DNA of 64,000 bases from an uncultured Anaerolineaceae bacterium (GCA_964547225.1 CAZJMV010000113.1:2543-66542), one strand, 5' to 3'. Shown: positions 38,398 to 49,188, counted from the first letter of the stretch. The notes: a model not told the origin generated them from the letters alone. Numbers and translations are program-made.

Positions 38398-40869
38398 TTA
38401 CTCCACTGGCTTCAGTTTTAAGTGATTTTCCGATTTGTTCTTTATTTCATCAATATCGAAAAGCAGCGTATGGTAAGTTCCTGTAAACCAGTCATTAATT
38501 TGATTGCTATAGAATTTGCTAGATGGATGTCCAGATTGACCTGGCATTAATAACCCTTTTGATGAATTGAGATTGGAGAGATTGATAATCATTTTAAAGG
38601 GAGGCCCGATCATCGGAGCATCCTGAATTGTGTGATATGAATTACCTGAAGCCCAAATAGTTGTATGATCACCTCCAATAGGATAAGGACCACAATTGAA
38701 ATAGCTTTCTAAATAATTTGATGCAGCCAGATTATGTTTGAGATGTAAACGATGTACTTTCCCCCAAGACCAAGTCTGAATTTCCTCTCCGAATTTCTCC
38801 TCAAGTTCTTGTATTGTTTTTCGCAAAGATTGTGAAAGGATATCATCTCGGGACTCATTATTTCCAAGATTAAACCAATGTGATTTTGGATGCTCTAGTT
38901 GATTGATTAACCAAGGCAACCAATGTTCTCCGAATAAACCAACTTCTGCAACAAATGGTGTTGGTCCTTTTCCCATAATTCTCTCAGTAAGGTTAATACG
39001 ATCCTTTTGATCCTTTTCAAATGAGTGTGAATTTTTAATCTTGCTTTCTAAAATGATCGTCACCATTTTTTGAGTGAGGTATTTATAAATAAGAGCTTGA
39101 GGTTTTTCTGTGGAAAGTTCTCCATCCCAATCTTTAAACATCTTGATCACTTTTTCATATTTTGAATCGATATCTTTTTTCTCTATTGGGAGAGCGCCTA
39201 TATAGCGAGAAAAATGGCGTGCTGAAGTTGAATGTTGATCATATTGCATCTTTCTGATATCAGAAATCGTAATTTTTTCTGTATTGTCCTCTTCAATTCT
39301 ATTTTGCAAATCAACGATCAATTCTGCGATACGTTGAGCTCGGTCACCTGAAATAGCTTCAATATCTATACGGATCGGATAATTGTCAGGAATTGGATCA
39401 TTATTTGCTGTAATAATGTAACCTTGTGGAGGATTATATAAATGTGGTAATCCTTCAAAAGGTATATATCCAACCCACTCATAATCATCGATCCAACCAG
39501 GAACGGGTATCCGTCCATTTCCCTTTGCTCTTACGGGGATATTTCCAGCTAAGGTATACCCAATATTGCCCTGTGTATCTGCATAAACCACATTTTGAAC
39601 TGGAGAAGTCCATTTTTTAAGAGCGTTGTGAAATTCTAAGCTATCACGCGAATAAATCATTTCAAACAATCCATCAATAATGGATGGATTTGGATCAAGT
39701 GAAGTCCATTTTAATGCGAGGTGGTCTTTGGTGATCAAATCTGGAGATAGAGAATTAATGATTGGTCCATGTCGAGTAAGGATAACTTCTTCACATTCTG
39801 ATTTATGTCCTTTAATTTTGATTTCTTCTTTAATAACAGAGGCTTTTTCCCATTTTCCATTGTATTCAACTAAAATAGAACCATCTTGATCTTCCTTGAG
39901 GTGTTCAATATACAAGTCTTGAACATCTGCAAACCCATTTGTAAATCCCCAAGCTACATTGCCATTATGCCCTGAAATGATCCCTGGTATACCTGGAAAT
40001 GTGATGCCTGTTATGTGGTTATCCTCAGTAATGAGTTGGTTTTCATACCAAATCGAAGGGATGCTCAACATCAAGTGCATGTCATTGGCGAGAATTGGAA
40101 GACCATCTTCTGTCATATTTCCTGATATTACCCACGAATTACTACCAACACCGACCCTTGGTGAACCATAGTTCGCGACACCATTTGTTTCACCAGGATT
40201 TTTTATTAGTGTGTTCAATTTTGAAAAATCCGTACCAGGTGGAATGATATAAGGCCATCGTATCAAATGAGGGGGTTCAAGTTCAGATGCGAGATCTTTC
40301 CCAAAAACTTCTACCAAATTTGCTCTTAGAAGCTCTGATTCCCAATTTACTGATAAACTCCATGACATCATTTTTACCCACGCGAGGGTATCAGCAATCT
40401 GCCAAGGTTCAGGTTTATATCGAAGTAGTAGAAATTCAATCGGGAGCTTAAAATGTGAAATAAAGTAATTTATTCCAGCCGCGTATGCCTCAAGGAGCTT
40501 GAGAGAATTCCCCTTTATCATGGGTACTTCTTTTGTGGCTGTATCATACATACGTAATGTTCTGAGCCACCGATCTAAAGGAACGGTTGCATTACCAATA
40601 ATCTCTGACATTCTGCCTGAGACAAATCTGCGATTGAATTCCAATTGCCACAACCGATCTTGAGCATGGACAAATCCCTGAGTAAAAAAAAGGTCGGTTT
40701 GATTTTGAGCAAAGATATATGGAATCCCTAGATTGTCTCTATAGATATCTACTTCAGATTGTAATCCACTGATTTTCACTTGTCCCTGCAGTTTGGGAAG
40801 GCGTGTTTTTCCCAGCAAAGATAACGGGAATTGAAAAATTGACTGGATTATTTTTTTTCTCTTTGTCAT
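38398..40869 (-). CDS. Penicillin acylase family Ntn-hydrolase (penicillin amidase / acyl-homoserine-lactone acylase-like)
   Basis: 823 aa. DRLWQLEF in the alpha part. GVGSNSWVISG contains the expected beta-chain N-terminal Ser nucleophile. ANNDP and GQSGHP motifs are present. Confidence 0.8.
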   Translation of the reverse strand: MTKRKKIIQSIFQFPLSLLGKTRLPKLQGQVKISGLQSEVDIYRDNLGIPYIFAQNQTDLFFTQGFVHAQDRLWQLEFNRRFVSGRMSEIIGNATVPLDRWLRTLRMYDTATKEVPMIKGNSLKLLEAYAAGINYFISHFKLPIEFLLLRYKPEPWQIADTLAWVKMMSWSLSVNWESELLRANLVEVFGKDLASELEPPHLIRWPYIIPPGTDFSKLNTLIKNPGETNGVANYGSPRVGVGSNSWVISGNMTEDGLPILANDMHLMLSIPSIWYENQLITEDNHITGITFPGIPGIISGHNGNVAWGFTNGFADVQDLYIEHLKEDQDGSILVEYNGKWEKASVIKEEIKIKGHKSECEEVILTRHGPIINSLSPDLITKDHLALKWTSLDPNPSIIDGLFEMIYSRDSLEFHNALKKWTSPVQNVVYADTQGNIGYTLAGNIPVRAKGNGRIPVPGWIDDYEWVGYIPFEGLPHLYNPPQGYIITANNDPIPDNYPIRIDIEAISGDRAQRIAELIVDLQNRIEEDNTEKITISDIRKMQYDQHSTSARHFSRYIGALPIEKKDIDSKYEKVIKMFKDWDGELSTEKPQALIYKYLTQKMVTIILESKIKNSHSFEKDQKDRINLTERIMGKGPTPFVAEVGLFGEHWLPWLINQLEHPKSHWFNLGNNESRDDILSQSLRKTIQELEEKFGEEIQTWSWGKVHRLHLKHNLAASNYLESYFNCGPYPIGGDHTTIWASGNSYHTIQDAPMIGPPFKMIINLSNLNSSKGLLMPGQSGHPSSKFYSNQINDWFTGTYHTLLFDIDEIKNKSENHLKLKPVE

Positions 40870-40967
40870 AATTCTCTTCTCTCATAAGCAACAGCGAACC
40901 ATAATATTTTGATCATTGTTTAGTTTATCATATTAATGATGCGAAATATCGAATTGATTTCTTAAAA

Positions 40968-42239
40968 TTATTCAGGAAAAATATCTGCAAGTACTCCTTC
41001 AGGTTTATATCCATATGCAATGGCTAAGATCTCAACGGGATGAACTGTGGGAAACCCCGTTAATTTTGTTATTTGCCATCTACATGTCTCACTATCACAG
41101 ATGACAACAGGTGCATTCATTTCATGGATGAAATCAAATAAGGGTTTACCAATTTTTTGAGAGATCTCATATTTCTCAACCTTATAACCGTACGTCCCAG
41201 CGATTCCACAGCAATCAGCTTCGCTATCAACAATCTCTAAATCTGGGATAAGGGATAGTATTTCAATACCTGGTTTACCTAGTCGGTGAGCTCGGTATTG
41301 ACAAGGCACATGGTAAGGGAGTTTGATTGGCATCGATCGAAAATTCCGATTCAAAGTGTTCTGATCTAATAAGTTTAAGAGATATTCATTAAAATCGAAT
41401 GTTTGACTAGAAACAAGTTGAGTTTCTTCATCATACATATCCAGTAATTCTGGCGCCTCTTCTTTCAAGGTTAGTGTACAGCTAGTTGAAGTACCAACAA
41501 TCGCATACCCTTCACGTGCATAGCTGATCAATTTACGAACATTGCTCTGATGATAACGACGGGCAGCGTTGAATTCTCCATTCGATAGTAAAGGTAATCC
41601 ACAACAGTTTTGTGGCGGCACGATTACCTCAAATCCATTTGCTTCTAAGACCCGAACAGCTGCTCGTCCCACTCTTGGTTCATAATATTGTGTTGAGCAT
41701 CCGTGAAAATAGGCGATTTTTCTTGTTGCTGGATATCTTGGATCTCGATTATGTTTCTTAAACCAATTTGTAAATTTTTCAGAAGAGAATTTCGGTAATG
41801 GTGCATGTCGCGCTATGCCTAAGGTTTTTTCGGTGATTATTCTCGCTGTGGGCAGATTGAGTGCAAGATTGGCGATAGGGGCGATTGGTTGAGCTACTTT
41901 TCCGAGCAATTCTGCACGTGCGACTAAATTATTTCTCAAACGCTGGATTGGTGGCACTTTTCCTTGATTGACCAGATCTGCTCTTGCTTTTGCATTAATT
42001 TCTGCAATCTTAACCCCTGTAGGACATACCATATTACAGACACGGCATCCTGTGCAATAATCTACAGACATATCGGGTGTATCTTGGTTAGATTTTCGGA
42101 ACCTTTGTGCCTGTGGTGCTTCGTATTTTGGTCCTGGAAATAGGTCAGTGACTGCTGATACTGGACAAGCTGTGGTACATATATTGCATTTTATGCATTG
42201 ATCGAGTGTTAATTCAACTGGAAGATGTTTGATATCCAT
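40968..42239 (-). CDS. glpC: Anaerobic glycerol-3-phosphate dehydrogenase subunit C
   Basis: Two ferredoxin-type clusters (CIKCNICTTACP, CTGCRVCNMVCP) followed by two CCG domains (CCGLPL, CCGIAG). Confidence 0.85.
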   Translation of the reverse strand: MDIKHLPVELTLDQCIKCNICTTACPVSAVTDLFPGPKYEAPQAQRFRKSNQDTPDMSVDYCTGCRVCNMVCPTGVKIAEINAKARADLVNQGKVPPIQRLRNNLVARAELLGKVAQPIAPIANLALNLPTARIITEKTLGIARHAPLPKFSSEKFTNWFKKHNRDPRYPATRKIAYFHGCSTQYYEPRVGRAAVRVLEANGFEVIVPPQNCCGLPLLSNGEFNAARRYHQSNVRKLISYAREGYAIVGTSTSCTLTLKEEAPELLDMYDEETQLVSSQTFDFNEYLLNLLDQNTLNRNFRSMPIKLPYHVPCQYRAHRLGKPGIEILSLIPDLEIVDSEADCCGIAGTYGYKVEKYEISQKIGKPLFDFIHEMNAPVVICDSETCRWQITKLTGFPTVHPVEILAIAYGYKPEGVLADIFPE

Positions 42240-42260
42240 GATTATATTATTTTCGCTTTC

Positions 42261-45221
42261 TTATAGTTTACTTCCTAAGGTGTAACCAGTAACTAAGGCA
42301 ACGCCATCATAAGATCTTTCTCTTAGAAAATCAAAACCATCAATCGTCGTTCCTGCGATAAAGAGATTTTCAAAGAAGGGTTTCCCTTCCAGGTCTATAG
42401 GTTGAAAATTGTAATTAATTTGAATACCAGTCTTGAAAATGGGATGACCATGTTTGGATAAGAATTCTCTTTGGAACCACTTTGTTTGATGGTTTGGATT
42501 ATTTATCGCTAAATCAAAGATATTTTCGATTATTCTTCCACTGTAGTCTGCGAACAAACCACCACCAAGTATTCCTCCTGTTGCTAGAATATAAGCTTTG
42601 GCATGATGGGCTACTTTCCGGGCTGCTGCCTCAGTCCATACGGCATCGATCTTTTGATTGTTACTAGTCGGATCAGTACTTGTTTCTGATCCAATTGCTT
42701 CTAATCCTATATTGACTTTTCCTCCCAAAGAAATAATGGTTGCTTGAAGCAAGTTACTTAAACGGATGCCTGGTACAGATGGTGGCAAGGTCGGAATTTC
42801 AAAGATGGGAAGATCCAATTTGTCACGTAGGTCTTCCAGAATAGTGATTGAATTTTCGATACCAAAAATGGCAGGAAAACCAATTCTCTTGGGCGAAAAA
42901 TCGGACATAATAGTCATTTTTTCTTTAATCGCTTGAATTACTTCATGACGGAAAGATGGGTCTTCGAATTTCTTTGCCATTGTAATGGTATTGATATTCT
43001 TGACATCTTTTAAAGACTCAATTTCTAACATGATTCCTTTTGCACGAATTCCTTGACTACTGATATTATCAGCGATCAATTCCGGATAGAAATCGAAATA
43101 TCCATTAAAGCCAATAATCAACATAGGCTCTTTGATAGATAAATCTCCTGATATCATAGTCGTGGGAGCAAGGCAGGTTGGTCTTTTCGCACCTAATGAA
43201 CTGGGTAGAATCCAGTTTGATTCTAATGAGCCGATCAATGGATAATTTTTCTTTTGGCTTAGTTCCTTTAGTTCATTGATTGCCTTTTCAATACCGTGAA
43301 TGCCAATTAAGGCATAAGGATGGTTGGGAAATTCATTTACAATCGTCTCTAATGCACGGATTGGCTCATGGATTAATTCGTGACTATCCTGGATTGAGTA
43401 GCCAATTAGATCTATACATCCAGCATGCCAATATAAAGTCCCCATACCCTTACTGATTAGGTTTGTTTTCTTTTTATTTTTTGCAGATATTAAGGCTGCG
43501 GTTAGTCCTGCTAATCCAGATCCGATCACCAGAGTATCTGTCGACCCTCCTAAAGAGGTTTCTTGGATATTATGTTTTATGTCCCTTTGTTTTTCATCTT
43601 TTATTTCAATTTGAATTTCTTCAATAACTTTGTTTGGTTCTTGATAGAGAGTTGGACTAATAGGTGATTTTCTTTCTCCAGGGAGATGGTCAGCGTTAAG
43701 GACGCTTAAGTAAATTAGTTCATCCAATCTTTCTTGGCGCAGTTGCTGTCCCCACAAGATGGGAAGTAACCCCTTCCACCGTTCTTGTAAGAAATCGTAA
43801 AGCATCACATTTGTTTGATCTATTGATGGTTGGCGTAGTCTGTGTAAGATACCAGCAATTCTCAGAGAACAGTAACCTCCTTGACAGGGCCCCATACCAA
43901 CGCGGGTGCTGCGTCGGATGTCATCGATTGATTTTGCATTGTCTTCAAAGATAGCTGTTTTAACATCGTCATAAGTAACTAATTCGCATTCACAAATTAA
44001 ACGACTGGCAAGCTTGTTCTTCTCAATATGAGATAATCTTGACCCCAAATGATGATATTTCTTTTCTTCTGATTCCGGAAGGATTTCGAGATGAGTTCGA
44101 CATTCACGCTTGATTCCCAATTTGTCGCAAACTAAATCAACAGTAACCTCAGCCATTCTGCGGTAAGTCGTCCATTTTCCACTGGTGATTGTAATAAACC
44201 CATCAATGCCACCTTGTTGTGCATGATCAAGAAGAACAAAGGATCTTGTTACTTCTCTTGTGTCATCGACATTCGTTTCTTGATATAAAGGACGAACACC
44301 CGCCCAAGCCCTTAAAATTCTCATATCTTTGAATCCTGGAATTAAAACATTTCCTTCATTGAGCAATAAATTGACTTCCCAAGGTTCAATAGAGAAATGA
44401 TCGGGATCAGGTACTTGTACATCGGTTGTACCCATGATTGAAACCGTATGGGCAGGAACAAGGATATCTCCATCAGAAGGTTTTTTACAACGGTTAATTA
44501 CGGTATTCACAATCCGATGATTCATCGCTATCATTGTGCCTTTGCCAGAAATGACATGCACATCTATCCCAGCTAATTTTGCAATTTTTCCAGCCCAAGC
44601 GCCAGACGCGTTTACAACGATTTCAGCATAAATTTCAATTATTTGATCATTGAGAATATCATGGCATTTAATTCCTTTAACTTGATGATTCTCGATGATC
44701 ATTTCACTGACTTCGTGATATTTTAAAATTTTCGCACCATGCTGAATCGCTGATTGAATATTTACCTTAGCTGCGAGAAATGAATCAGCAGATCCATCTG
44801 GAACTCGAAAACATCTCTGGATATTTGGATTTAGTAGAGGCTCTTCTCTGAGCATTTCATTTATTTTAATTTCTTCGATAGGGATATTGGCTTTTTTACA
44901 TCCTTCTATGAATGAATCTGCATATGCTGGATCATCTTCAGGTGTTTGTACAAAAAAACCACCTGTGTCTTCTATACAATTCGGCATGATCCGACGGAGA
45001 ATAATATTTTCTTCGATGCATTCTTTTGCGGTTTCAAGGTCTCGAATGACATACCTGCCTCCACTATGTAATAGTCCATGGTAGCGTCCACTTGTTCCAG
45101 TTGATAAATCGCTTTTTTCAACCAAAATTGCGTCAAATCCTCTCATGGCTACATCTCGGATGATCCCTGTACCCGTTGCACCTCCACCGATTACTAAGAC
45201 TTGAGTTTCGTATTTATGCAT
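42261..45221 (-). CDS. glpA: Fused anaerobic glycerol-3-phosphate dehydrogenase subunits A and B
   Basis: The N-terminal ~540 aa is GlpA-like (VLVIGGGATGTGI, GRYHGLLHSGGRY, BFD-like CECELV...GPCQGGYC). A charged linker (IEIKDEKQRDIKHN, near 43560-43650) follows. The remainder is GlpB-like (DTLVIGSGLAGLTAAL...). Confidence 0.8.
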   Translation of the reverse strand: MHKYETQVLVIGGGATGTGIIRDVAMRGFDAILVEKSDLSTGTSGRYHGLLHSGGRYVIRDLETAKECIEENIILRRIMPNCIEDTGGFFVQTPEDDPAYADSFIEGCKKANIPIEEIKINEMLREEPLLNPNIQRCFRVPDGSADSFLAAKVNIQSAIQHGAKILKYHEVSEMIIENHQVKGIKCHDILNDQIIEIYAEIVVNASGAWAGKIAKLAGIDVHVISGKGTMIAMNHRIVNTVINRCKKPSDGDILVPAHTVSIMGTTDVQVPDPDHFSIEPWEVNLLLNEGNVLIPGFKDMRILRAWAGVRPLYQETNVDDTREVTRSFVLLDHAQQGGIDGFITITSGKWTTYRRMAEVTVDLVCDKLGIKRECRTHLEILPESEEKKYHHLGSRLSHIEKNKLASRLICECELVTYDDVKTAIFEDNAKSIDDIRRSTRVGMGPCQGGYCSLRIAGILHRLRQPSIDQTNVMLYDFLQERWKGLLPILWGQQLRQERLDELIYLSVLNADHLPGERKSPISPTLYQEPNKVIEEIQIEIKDEKQRDIKHNIQETSLGGSTDTLVIGSGLAGLTAALISAKNKKKTNLISKGMGTLYWHAGCIDLIGYSIQDSHELIHEPIRALETIVNEFPNHPYALIGIHGIEKAINELKELSQKKNYPLIGSLESNWILPSSLGAKRPTCLAPTTMISGDLSIKEPMLIIGFNGYFDFYPELIADNISSQGIRAKGIMLEIESLKDVKNINTITMAKKFEDPSFRHEVIQAIKEKMTIMSDFSPKRIGFPAIFGIENSITILEDLRDKLDLPIFEIPTLPPSVPGIRLSNLLQATIISLGGKVNIGLEAIGSETSTDPTSNNQKIDAVWTEAAARKVAHHAKAYILATGGILGGGLFADYSGRIIENIFDLAINNPNHQTKWFQREFLSKHGHPIFKTGIQINYNFQPIDLEGKPFFENLFIAGTTIDGFDFLRERSYDGVALVTGYTLGSKL

Positions 45222-45256
45222 ATATGCTCCATTAAAAAAAGAAAGCTTGGAAAAGT

Positions 45257-48200
45257 TTATGGTTCTTGATCGCTAATTTGAACGACTCGATTTCTACCGG
45301 CTTGTTTTGCTTTATAAAGAGCTTGGTCAGCTTTAGATATCAGAATATCTAGATCCTTTTTTACTCTCGAATGTGAACCCTCGAAATAGTCGATAGAATA
45401 AACTCCAATGCTAACTGTAATATTCAGTTTAATCGATTTTTCTTTAATTGTTGTGGTAAAAATCGTTTGACGAAGTCTCTCTGCCGCTTGAAAAGCGTGT
45501 TCTTTATCTGTTTCAGGTAATATGATGATAAACTCTTCGCCTCCATACCTACCGATAATATCGTTATTTCGCATAGCGTCTTGACATATCTCGGCTAGCT
45601 TTTTAAGAACTAAATCACCGACTTTATGTCCATACTCATCATTGACGATTTTGAAATGATCAATATCCAACATCATGACTGATAATGAATGATGATATCT
45701 TCTAGAACGTATGATTTCTTTTTCAGCAAGATCTAAAAAGTTTCTGCGATTATGAAGTTCAGTCAATGGGTCAGTGATCGCTAATTGATGAACTTCTTCA
45801 TATAATAATGTATTCTCTAATAAAACCGCTACTTGATCAGCAAAACTCAAAGCTAATCGTGAATGCTCTTGCGTAAATGCATTCGGTTTTGTACTATCAA
45901 GTGAGATTATGCCAATAATTCGATCCTGAGCAACGAGAGGAATGCCCATCCAAGCTAATATTCCTTTATGTGGTTCTTTGAGAAATACTGGATAGGCTTC
46001 AGGAGCATTATCCAAAATGAAGGGTTCTTCTGTCTCAAAAACAATCGCGGATGGGTTTTCTCCACTGATTGGAAATTTTAATCCGATAATTTCCGATAGA
46101 TTATCAAACCCTCTCCCACCTACGATTTCAAGAACATCATCGTGCAATAGTTGTACTGAGGCGCTATCATAGGGAACGACATTATTTAATTGTTCTAGTA
46201 TTCTCTTGATAGTTTCATCTTGTCGCAATGTTGTGGCTACAGCTGATCCAGCTAGGCGGAGTGTCTCTGCTTCTCTAGCTCGTTTTTGAGCGCTATCTAT
46301 AGTTCTTGAATTCGCTATCGCTAGCGCAATTTGTCTGGCTGCTTGTTCCCCATTATTAATTTCTTCTACTGGAAAAAAGTGAGCTTCATCGAAAACAGCA
46401 AAAATCACACCTAACTCTTGCATGTTAGCTATTAATGGGAGTCCTAAAATGGTATTCCCTTTAAGGTTTTTTGCTAATTCCTTATATGGTTCGTTTTCTT
46501 CATTCCTGATGATCTTGGTTTTTCCTGAGTGGAGAATTTGAGTAATTAATGGATCGATATTCTCTGTTTGTTCGTGATGTTTCCCTAATCTTGAATTGTA
46601 AGATGATGTATATCGAAGTTTCCTGTTTGTTTCATCAAAAAAGAAGAAATAGCAATTGTCAGCGTTAGTTAATTCCCCCATTTTTTTAACTAACACATTG
46701 GATAGTTCATGAAAATTTGAAATTTCTATCGCTGCTGAAGTGATATCATTTAACAAGCTTAAAAATATTTCTCTTTTTTGAAGAGTTTTTGTTTGTTCGT
46801 TTAAAGCATTTTGGGATTTGACTTGCTCAGTGATGTCTCTTTTTACAGCACCATAATATACTATTTCTCCATTCAGATTTCTAATTGGAAATATTGTCGC
46901 AGATTCATGGAATAATTGACCATTCTTCCTTCTGTTGATAATTGAGCCATTCCAAGTTGATCCATATGAGATTTTTTCCCAGAATTGTGCATAAAATTCT
47001 TTATCTTGATATCCACTTTGTAAGAAGCGTGGATTTTTTCCTATAACCTCATCTCTTGAATATCCTGTTGATGATTCAAAATGCTGATTCACATAAACGA
47101 TATTCCCATTAAGATCTGTAAGCATGATGGTCTCTGAAGCTTGTTCAATAATTGCCACCAGTGTTTCTAGTTCGGCTTGAGATTCTTTCGTGGCTGTAAT
47201 ATCTTGAATAGTTCCCTTAATAGATTCTAATTTTCCTTTTAAATCTCTATAGATTGTTGACCGAATGATAAAAAATCGATCTCCTGACCCTTTTTTATAT
47301 CGATATTCGTATTCAAAATAATCTTGTTTTTTAGAATTTACTATTGAAGTGATTGAATCCCATAAATCGGTAATGTCTTCAGGAGGTAAAATCAAGTTCA
47401 AGAATTCAATCACATTATAGATTTGTTTTTGGCATGATTTATTCTTTAATTTAGGAGTTAATTCAATAAATTCTTTACTAATAAATATGGTTTGATTATT
47501 ATGATTGTATTCGAAATTACCAAGCTTTGCTAATTTCATGGCAATTCCGAGTTGTTCTTGACGAGCTTGAATTAGTTCAAGATATCTTTTATGCTCTTCA
47601 ATATATTCACAATTTTGTTCTGATGAGGAAACTTGAGAGGCTAGCATAGTGGCAATATTCAAGTCTTGATCGTTAAACCGATCTATTTTTTGACAATGTA
47701 ATTCCATTATGCCAATGAATTTATCACTTGAAATTAAGGGCAAAATCATGACTGATTTTGTCTCAGATAATTTAATAATAGGAAATGTTGATAAATTATT
47801 TGCAATATTATTGATGATAATCCCATGCTTCAAATTTGATGCTTCGTCAATCACAGATTTTTGTATAATAGGTGGTAAATTATGTTTAGTTAAATTTTTC
47901 CATCCATGTTGATCATATGATCCATGCATCCTAATTGTCTTTTTTGCTTGATCGATAAGTAAAATCGAAGCATGATAAAGATCGAATTTGAAGTATGCGA
48001 ATCTAAGCACCTCTTTGAAAATTTGATCGATGTCAAAAATCTTTGAGATAGTAAGACTAATTTCTGCTATGGCTTTTAATGCATCAGCTTGATTTTGTAA
48101 TTTATCTTCGTATAGTTTATCAGCTGTAATATCTGAGACAGTGATGATTGAAAATAATATTCGATCCGAAGGGGTTCTAATTTTTGACAGATTTATTTTA

Positions 48201-49141
48201 TACCATCGGTTATCATTTCCTTTAGCTTGTACTTTTTGAACATCATGTGTAGTGATGAAAGAAAATCCAGTATCCGTGATAAAACATTTTTCAAGAATTG
48301 CTTGACCTTGTTTGCCAATAATATCTTGTTTTGACTTCCCGATAATCTTCTTTGCTGCTGCATTAATATCAACGATGCGATATTTATCATCTAAAACAAA
48401 TATCGCATCATATAACGTCTCAATAATTTTGCTTCTAGCAACGGGGAGTAAATCGAGAAATTTTAGTTTATTGATCGCAATAGCTAGCAGTGAACCGGTA
48501 AGAAAGAAAGCAAAAGGAGTGATATCAAAACCAGGTATAGGTACTAAGCCAGTTAAATAAATTGCATTTCCCAACCAAGGCATGACCGCTGCAGTTAATA
48601 TCCAGGCTATGTGCAATTGCTGAAGATATTGATTTTGAAAAATTGTCCAAAGAATCAGAACAGTCCCAGTTAATAGTAATAAATAACTATACGCTGAGTG
48701 TATCCAAAACCAGAATCCATGGAGAAATTCTAGCTCATTATATTCTGGGACAGGTTTAAATCCATACCACAACAAATTGTGGTATGGATTTGTAAAAGCT
48801 GCAATTATTGTGATAATTGGAATAATCCAGAGGAAAATAATCCTCTTGAAATTTAGGTGTTTTTCAAGGTTGCAATAATATATTGCGAAAAGAAAGTATA
48901 GCGGGGAGACAATTGGGATCGATAAATACTCTAGCTGGGCAAAAAGAATTTTATCTTGGATTCCGATTACTGCATTTTCTAACGCAGCTAAAAGTGACCA
49001 AAATCCTGTAGCTAATAATAATAAAAAAAGAGGTTTGTTCCCTGTAGCATGGTGTCTTCGCCATACGAAATATGCCATGCTGAATGAAAGCAGTGCATTC
49101 AGTATGAGCAAATATTGAGGAAGCTTAAATGACCAAGACAT
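45257..49141 (-). CDS. Multi-sensor diguanylate cyclase: N-terminal 7TM, PAS/GAF array, GGDEF
   Basis: A 7TM N-terminus resembling the HisKA_7TM type, several PAS modules (e.g. SGYQDKEFYAQFWEKISYGSTWNG) and GAF modules. The C-terminal GGDEF domain has RYGGEEF and an I-site-like RNND five residues upstream. Confidence 0.85.
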   Translation of the reverse strand: MSWSFKLPQYLLILNALLSFSMAYFVWRRHHATGNKPLFLLLLATGFWSLLAALENAVIGIQDKILFAQLEYLSIPIVSPLYFLFAIYYCNLEKHLNFKRIIFLWIIPIITIIAAFTNPYHNLLWYGFKPVPEYNELEFLHGFWFWIHSAYSYLLLLTGTVLILWTIFQNQYLQQLHIAWILTAAVMPWLGNAIYLTGLVPIPGFDITPFAFFLTGSLLAIAINKLKFLDLLPVARSKIIETLYDAIFVLDDKYRIVDINAAAKKIIGKSKQDIIGKQGQAILEKCFITDTGFSFITTHDVQKVQAKGNDNRWYKINLSKIRTPSDRILFSIITVSDITADKLYEDKLQNQADALKAIAEISLTISKIFDIDQIFKEVLRFAYFKFDLYHASILLIDQAKKTIRMHGSYDQHGWKNLTKHNLPPIIQKSVIDEASNLKHGIIINNIANNLSTFPIIKLSETKSVMILPLISSDKFIGIMELHCQKIDRFNDQDLNIATMLASQVSSSEQNCEYIEEHKRYLELIQARQEQLGIAMKLAKLGNFEYNHNNQTIFISKEFIELTPKLKNKSCQKQIYNVIEFLNLILPPEDITDLWDSITSIVNSKKQDYFEYEYRYKKGSGDRFFIIRSTIYRDLKGKLESIKGTIQDITATKESQAELETLVAIIEQASETIMLTDLNGNIVYVNQHFESSTGYSRDEVIGKNPRFLQSGYQDKEFYAQFWEKISYGSTWNGSIINRRKNGQLFHESATIFPIRNLNGEIVYYGAVKRDITEQVKSQNALNEQTKTLQKREIFLSLLNDITSAAIEISNFHELSNVLVKKMGELTNADNCYFFFFDETNRKLRYTSSYNSRLGKHHEQTENIDPLITQILHSGKTKIIRNEENEPYKELAKNLKGNTILGLPLIANMQELGVIFAVFDEAHFFPVEEINNGEQAARQIALAIANSRTIDSAQKRAREAETLRLAGSAVATTLRQDETIKRILEQLNNVVPYDSASVQLLHDDVLEIVGGRGFDNLSEIIGLKFPISGENPSAIVFETEEPFILDNAPEAYPVFLKEPHKGILAWMGIPLVAQDRIIGIISLDSTKPNAFTQEHSRLALSFADQVAVLLENTLLYEEVHQLAITDPLTELHNRRNFLDLAEKEIIRSRRYHHSLSVMMLDIDHFKIVNDEYGHKVGDLVLKKLAEICQDAMRNNDIIGRYGGEEFIIILPETDKEHAFQAAERLRQTIFTTTIKEKSIKLNITVSIGVYSIDYFEGSHSRVKKDLDILISKADQALYKAKQAGRNRVVQISDQEP

Positions 49142-49188
49142 CTACTGTTATTTCTACTCAAAAAGAATAGAAAGGTTGTACCCCTGGG

